A DNA stretch of 64,000 nucleotides, taken from the NCBI GenBank assembly GCA_041560205.1, contig JBFFBV010000003.1, positions 2,211 to 66,210 of the forward strand, in the 5' to 3' direction. The notes under the pieces are model-generated. The model had not been told where the DNA came from. It searched no databases and worked only from the letters and a program-made list of their open reading frames with translations. The stretch is from Candidatus Sulfomarinibacter sp. (GTDB lineage Bacteria > Acidobacteriota > Thermoanaerobaculia > Thermoanaerobaculales > Sulfomarinibacteraceae). Below are positions 61,884 through 64,000 of the stretch, in pieces (position 1 is the stretch's first letter; every line of letters starts with the position of its first letter). The translations under genes were made by a program, and so were the position numbers.

Positions 61884-63251
61884 TCAGCTGCTCGCCCACT
61901 TGAGCGCGCGCGCCGGGTCCTCCGCCAGGAGCTCCAGGACCTCGTCCGTCGGCATGCGGCCCCGGGCGGTGTAGCGCTCGAGGTAAGCTTCGACCGCCGC
62001 GACAGCTTCGTCGTCGACGTAGCCTGCCGGGAGCGACCGCACGCCCTCGAGACCGATCTGCCACAGCCCGAAGGCGAGCTCCCGGAGCATGGGATCACGA
62101 ACACCGTCCATCGCGGCCTTTCGCCACAGCGTGGGTAGCTGAGCACGGATACCGCTCAGGAGACCGAGGGCCTTCCTGCGGGCTCCTTCCTCATAGAGGA
62201 GAGCGGCCATCAATGTGACCGGGACCGAGCGCCACCGATCGGGCAAGGCCTCGCCCGCCCGCAGCTCGAGGAAGCCTCTCGGCCTCACTTCGAAGAACAA
62301 GGTCGTGAGGTGGTAGTCGAGGTCGTCGGCGGTCGGCCACCCCCAGCGCGGGTGGCCTTCGCGAATCCATTTATCGAAACCACAACCGGGGCAGCCGGGC
62401 TCGAAGTGCTCATCGGACACGCGGAAGATCATCACATCCGCCTCGATCGCCGCTTGCCCCCACTCGCCGCGCGGATCATCTCCCGGCCCTTCCACGAGCA
62501 GGCGTGGGAAGCCGCTGCGGGTCGGATCGAGTTCCTGCCACGCACGCGCGCGGCTGCACACCGCGCCGAGCCCCGGGCTCGACGCGAAGCTGGCGGTCAG
62601 GAGAGGGCTTGCCAGGTTGGCGACCAGCCACCGCTCCTGCCACACGCCCTCCGGGCCGAGATCGAGGTTGATCTGCAGGCTCGCGGTATGCCGCATCATC
62701 ACGGCACCCCAGTGCCCCCGCTGACGGTAGTAGGCAGCCTGGGCCGTGTACCTTCCCGCGCGGAGCTGCTGTGGCACGGTCTCGACATCGTGCCAGACGT
62801 CGATTCCGAGAGCCGCGAGCGAGACATTGTGGCGTTCGAAAGCAGCCCGCAGCCGCCCGAGGACATCTCCGACATCGATGCACGCCGCGGCGACGCTCGG
62901 GTACACAGCGGTGGAGTGCTCCACCTGCGCCCCGGGTTCGAAGGTCAGCCTTCCTCCGCCCTCGACCGGGTACTCGATCGGGCCCGGCTGGCGACTGCTT
63001 CGGGGGCCGATGCGGTCATCGGAGGCAGCCAGCTCATCGACCACCTCGAGAACGCCGGTCGCATCCGGCTGGGTCAGGAGCAGCCTTCCCTGCGGCCGAC
63101 CCCTGGCGTCGCGGACGATGGGGAAAAACTCGGGCTCCAATCCGATCCCTCCGAGGACCTCCTCCCGAGCTGGGTCGGGAAAGGCCCTCTGTCCCGCGCG
63201 ATGTCGCGCCTCGTCCAGCGAGATGGCGGCCCTGGGATCTTGAGTCGGCAT
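61884..63251 (-). CDS. Glutamate-cysteine ligase family protein (GCS2/EgtA-like)
   Basis: GLEPEFFPIV, EPGAQVEHST and MRHTASLQINLD are typical of carboxylate-amine ligase / gamma-GCS family 2. Confidence 0.72.
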   Translation of the reverse strand: MPTQDPRAAISLDEARHRAGQRAFPDPAREEVLGGIGLEPEFFPIVRDARGRPQGRLLLTQPDATGVLEVVDELAASDDRIGPRSSRQPGPIEYPVEGGGRLTFEPGAQVEHSTAVYPSVAAACIDVGDVLGRLRAAFERHNVSLAALGIDVWHDVETVPQQLRAGRYTAQAAYYRQRGHWGAVMMRHTASLQINLDLGPEGVWQERWLVANLASPLLTASFASSPGLGAVCSRARAWQELDPTRSGFPRLLVEGPGDDPRGEWGQAAIEADVMIFRVSDEHFEPGCPGCGFDKWIREGHPRWGWPTADDLDYHLTTLFFEVRPRGFLELRAGEALPDRWRSVPVTLMAALLYEEGARRKALGLLSGIRAQLPTLWRKAAMDGVRDPMLRELAFGLWQIGLEGVRSLPAGYVDDEAVAAVEAYLERYTARGRMPTDEVLELLAEDPARALKWASS

Positions 63252-63302
63252 GAGCCTCCTTCGACGTCACGGAACGATACACCCCCCGGGTGGCGATGCC
63301 AA

Positions 63303-63398
63303 CCGCTGAGGGCGTGGGGGCGTGAGGGCTTGAGGTCAAGGCAAGCAAGTCCGTGGGGGTGGGCGGGCAGGCCCTCAGGACCTCAGGTCCTCAAGTCC
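63303..63398. repeat. Heptad-stutter hairpin element (TGAGGGC subfamily, inverted copy)
   Basis: CTGAGGGCGTGGGGGCGTGAGGGCTTGAGGTCAAGG...AGTCCGTGGGGGTGGGCGGGCAGGCCCTCAGGACCTCAGGTCCTCAAG. The reverse complement of its core matches 42345-42377. Confidence 0.75.
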
Positions 63399-63403
63399 AA
63401 CAA

Positions 63404-63429
63404 AAAGGCGCGGCCGAAGCCGCGCCTTT
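63404..63429 (-). terminator. Rho-independent terminator of the tetraheme cytochrome gene
   Basis: Perfect 11-bp stem AAAGGCGCGGC/GCCGCGCCTTT with a CGAA loop. On the minus strand it is followed by TTTTTGTTGG, 30 nt after the stop. Confidence 0.8.
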
Positions 63430-63458
63430 GAAGTCGTTGGTCAATTCCCTGCGACGTG

Positions 63459-63917
63459 CTACTCCGTCTTGTGCTCGTGAATGGCAGCGCGGTTTTCGAC
63501 GTTGTCCTCAAACACGACCTTCTTGGAGTGGTCCTCGCCGGTGTGGCAACCGTCGCAGGTTTCCTGAGTTGGAATGATGAGGCCGTTGGCGATCGAAGCG
63601 TCGCGATCCTTCATGATGCTCATCTTCTTGTAGTCGTTGCCGGGACCGTGACAGGCTTCGCACTGGACGCCTGGCATCTCCTCGCTTGCATTCGTCGCAT
63701 GGCACTTCAGGCAGTCCGCCGAAAACTCACGTTCGGTCGATGCCTTCGCATCATCGGTCGCCTTGGCATGGGTTGTCTGCTCCCATGACGCAAACTGCAC
63801 CTTGTGGCACATCTTACACTTCGCGGCGCCCACGTACTCGTGTTCCTGGGCCTGGGCGCCGGACGCGAACGCCACCACAACCAGAGTCATCGCGATCCAC
63901 AGGGTCTGTTTCCTCAT
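63459..63917 (-). CDS. Small periplasmic tetraheme cytochrome c
   Basis: ATG at 63917, 6 nt after GGAGG. Signal peptide MRKQTLWIAMTLVVVAFASGAQA. Four CXXCH motifs (CKMCH, CLKCH, CEACH, CDGCH) in about 130 mature residues. Confidence 0.85.
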   Translation of the reverse strand: MRKQTLWIAMTLVVVAFASGAQAQEHEYVGAAKCKMCHKVQFASWEQTTHAKATDDAKASTEREFSADCLKCHATNASEEMPGVQCEACHGPGNDYKKMSIMKDRDASIANGLIIPTQETCDGCHTGEDHSKKVVFEDNVENRAAIHEHKTE

Positions 63918-64000
63918 CGACATCCTCCATCTTCTCCGGTACGGCCTTGCCGGCCCCCCGGGGTCAGTCGAATCTACCATCGTCTCAACGCGTGTTCAAG

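Overview
High-GC bacterial chromosomal window (about 68-70% G+C by eye), densely coded on both strands. About 57 protein-coding genes can be supported. I saw no rRNA, tRNA, CRISPR array, transposase or integrase.

Gene blocks in order:
- 35-1483: secreted FG-GAP repeat protein.
- 2108-11486: an 11-gene, same-strand, translationally coupled operon (details below).
- 11520-12770: glgC.
- 12854-17569: type III PKS / methyltransferase / ACP / fatty acyl-AMP ligase / flavoprotein cluster, resembling the srs/ftp phenolic-lipid clusters.
- 17738-21972: CHASE2 histidine kinase, NtrC-type sigma-54 activator and FecR-domain protein.
- 21988-26142: MFS transporter and trkH-trkA.
- 26458-32857: PSCyt-type lipoprotein cytochrome with a PEP/pyruvate-binding protein, a polytopic membrane protein, a PLP decarboxylase overlapping an acyltransferase, and a four-helix-bundle protein.
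- 32867-42326: CtaA-like, ctaB, DUF3179, then the cbb3 oxidase genes ccoNO (fused), ccoQ, monoheme ccoP, ccoG, ccoH and a TauE-like protein. ccoI-ccoS (45833-48489) are separated from these by a 3.5 kb opposite-strand block that includes a low-GC islet.
- 48950-63917: queA, yraN, a tetR-OMF-MFP-RND efflux operon, MFS, MqnA/D-like, pgi, a glutamate-cysteine-ligase-like protein and a small tetraheme cytochrome c.

Top candidate for an undescribed system: the 2108-11486 operon. It combines:
- a NosL-like copper chaperone;
- a split MacB-type ABC system (ATPase at the 5' end; FtsX permease plus a DUF2318-like Cys-rich lipoprotein at the 3' end);
- a Cys-motif polytopic membrane protein;
- a Cyc2-like fused monoheme cytochrome-porin;
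- a type-1-Cu cupredoxin;
- a CuA-type cupredoxin fused to a NapH/NosH-like polyferredoxin;
- a CuA-type cupredoxin fused to cytochrome c.

I read this as a possible outer-membrane-to-quinone Cu/heme electron conduit, for example for Fe(II) oxidation or extracellular electron transfer. That reading is inference.

Other notable signals:
- a family of intergenic heptad-stutter hairpin repeats that abut stop codons;
- a 123-bp palindromic element;
- a sharp 170-bp low-GC patch inside the decarboxylase gene;
- a low-GC islet holding small zinc-ribbon ORFs interrupted by in-frame stops.

All functional calls rest on motif and family recognition by eye. No database search was run.
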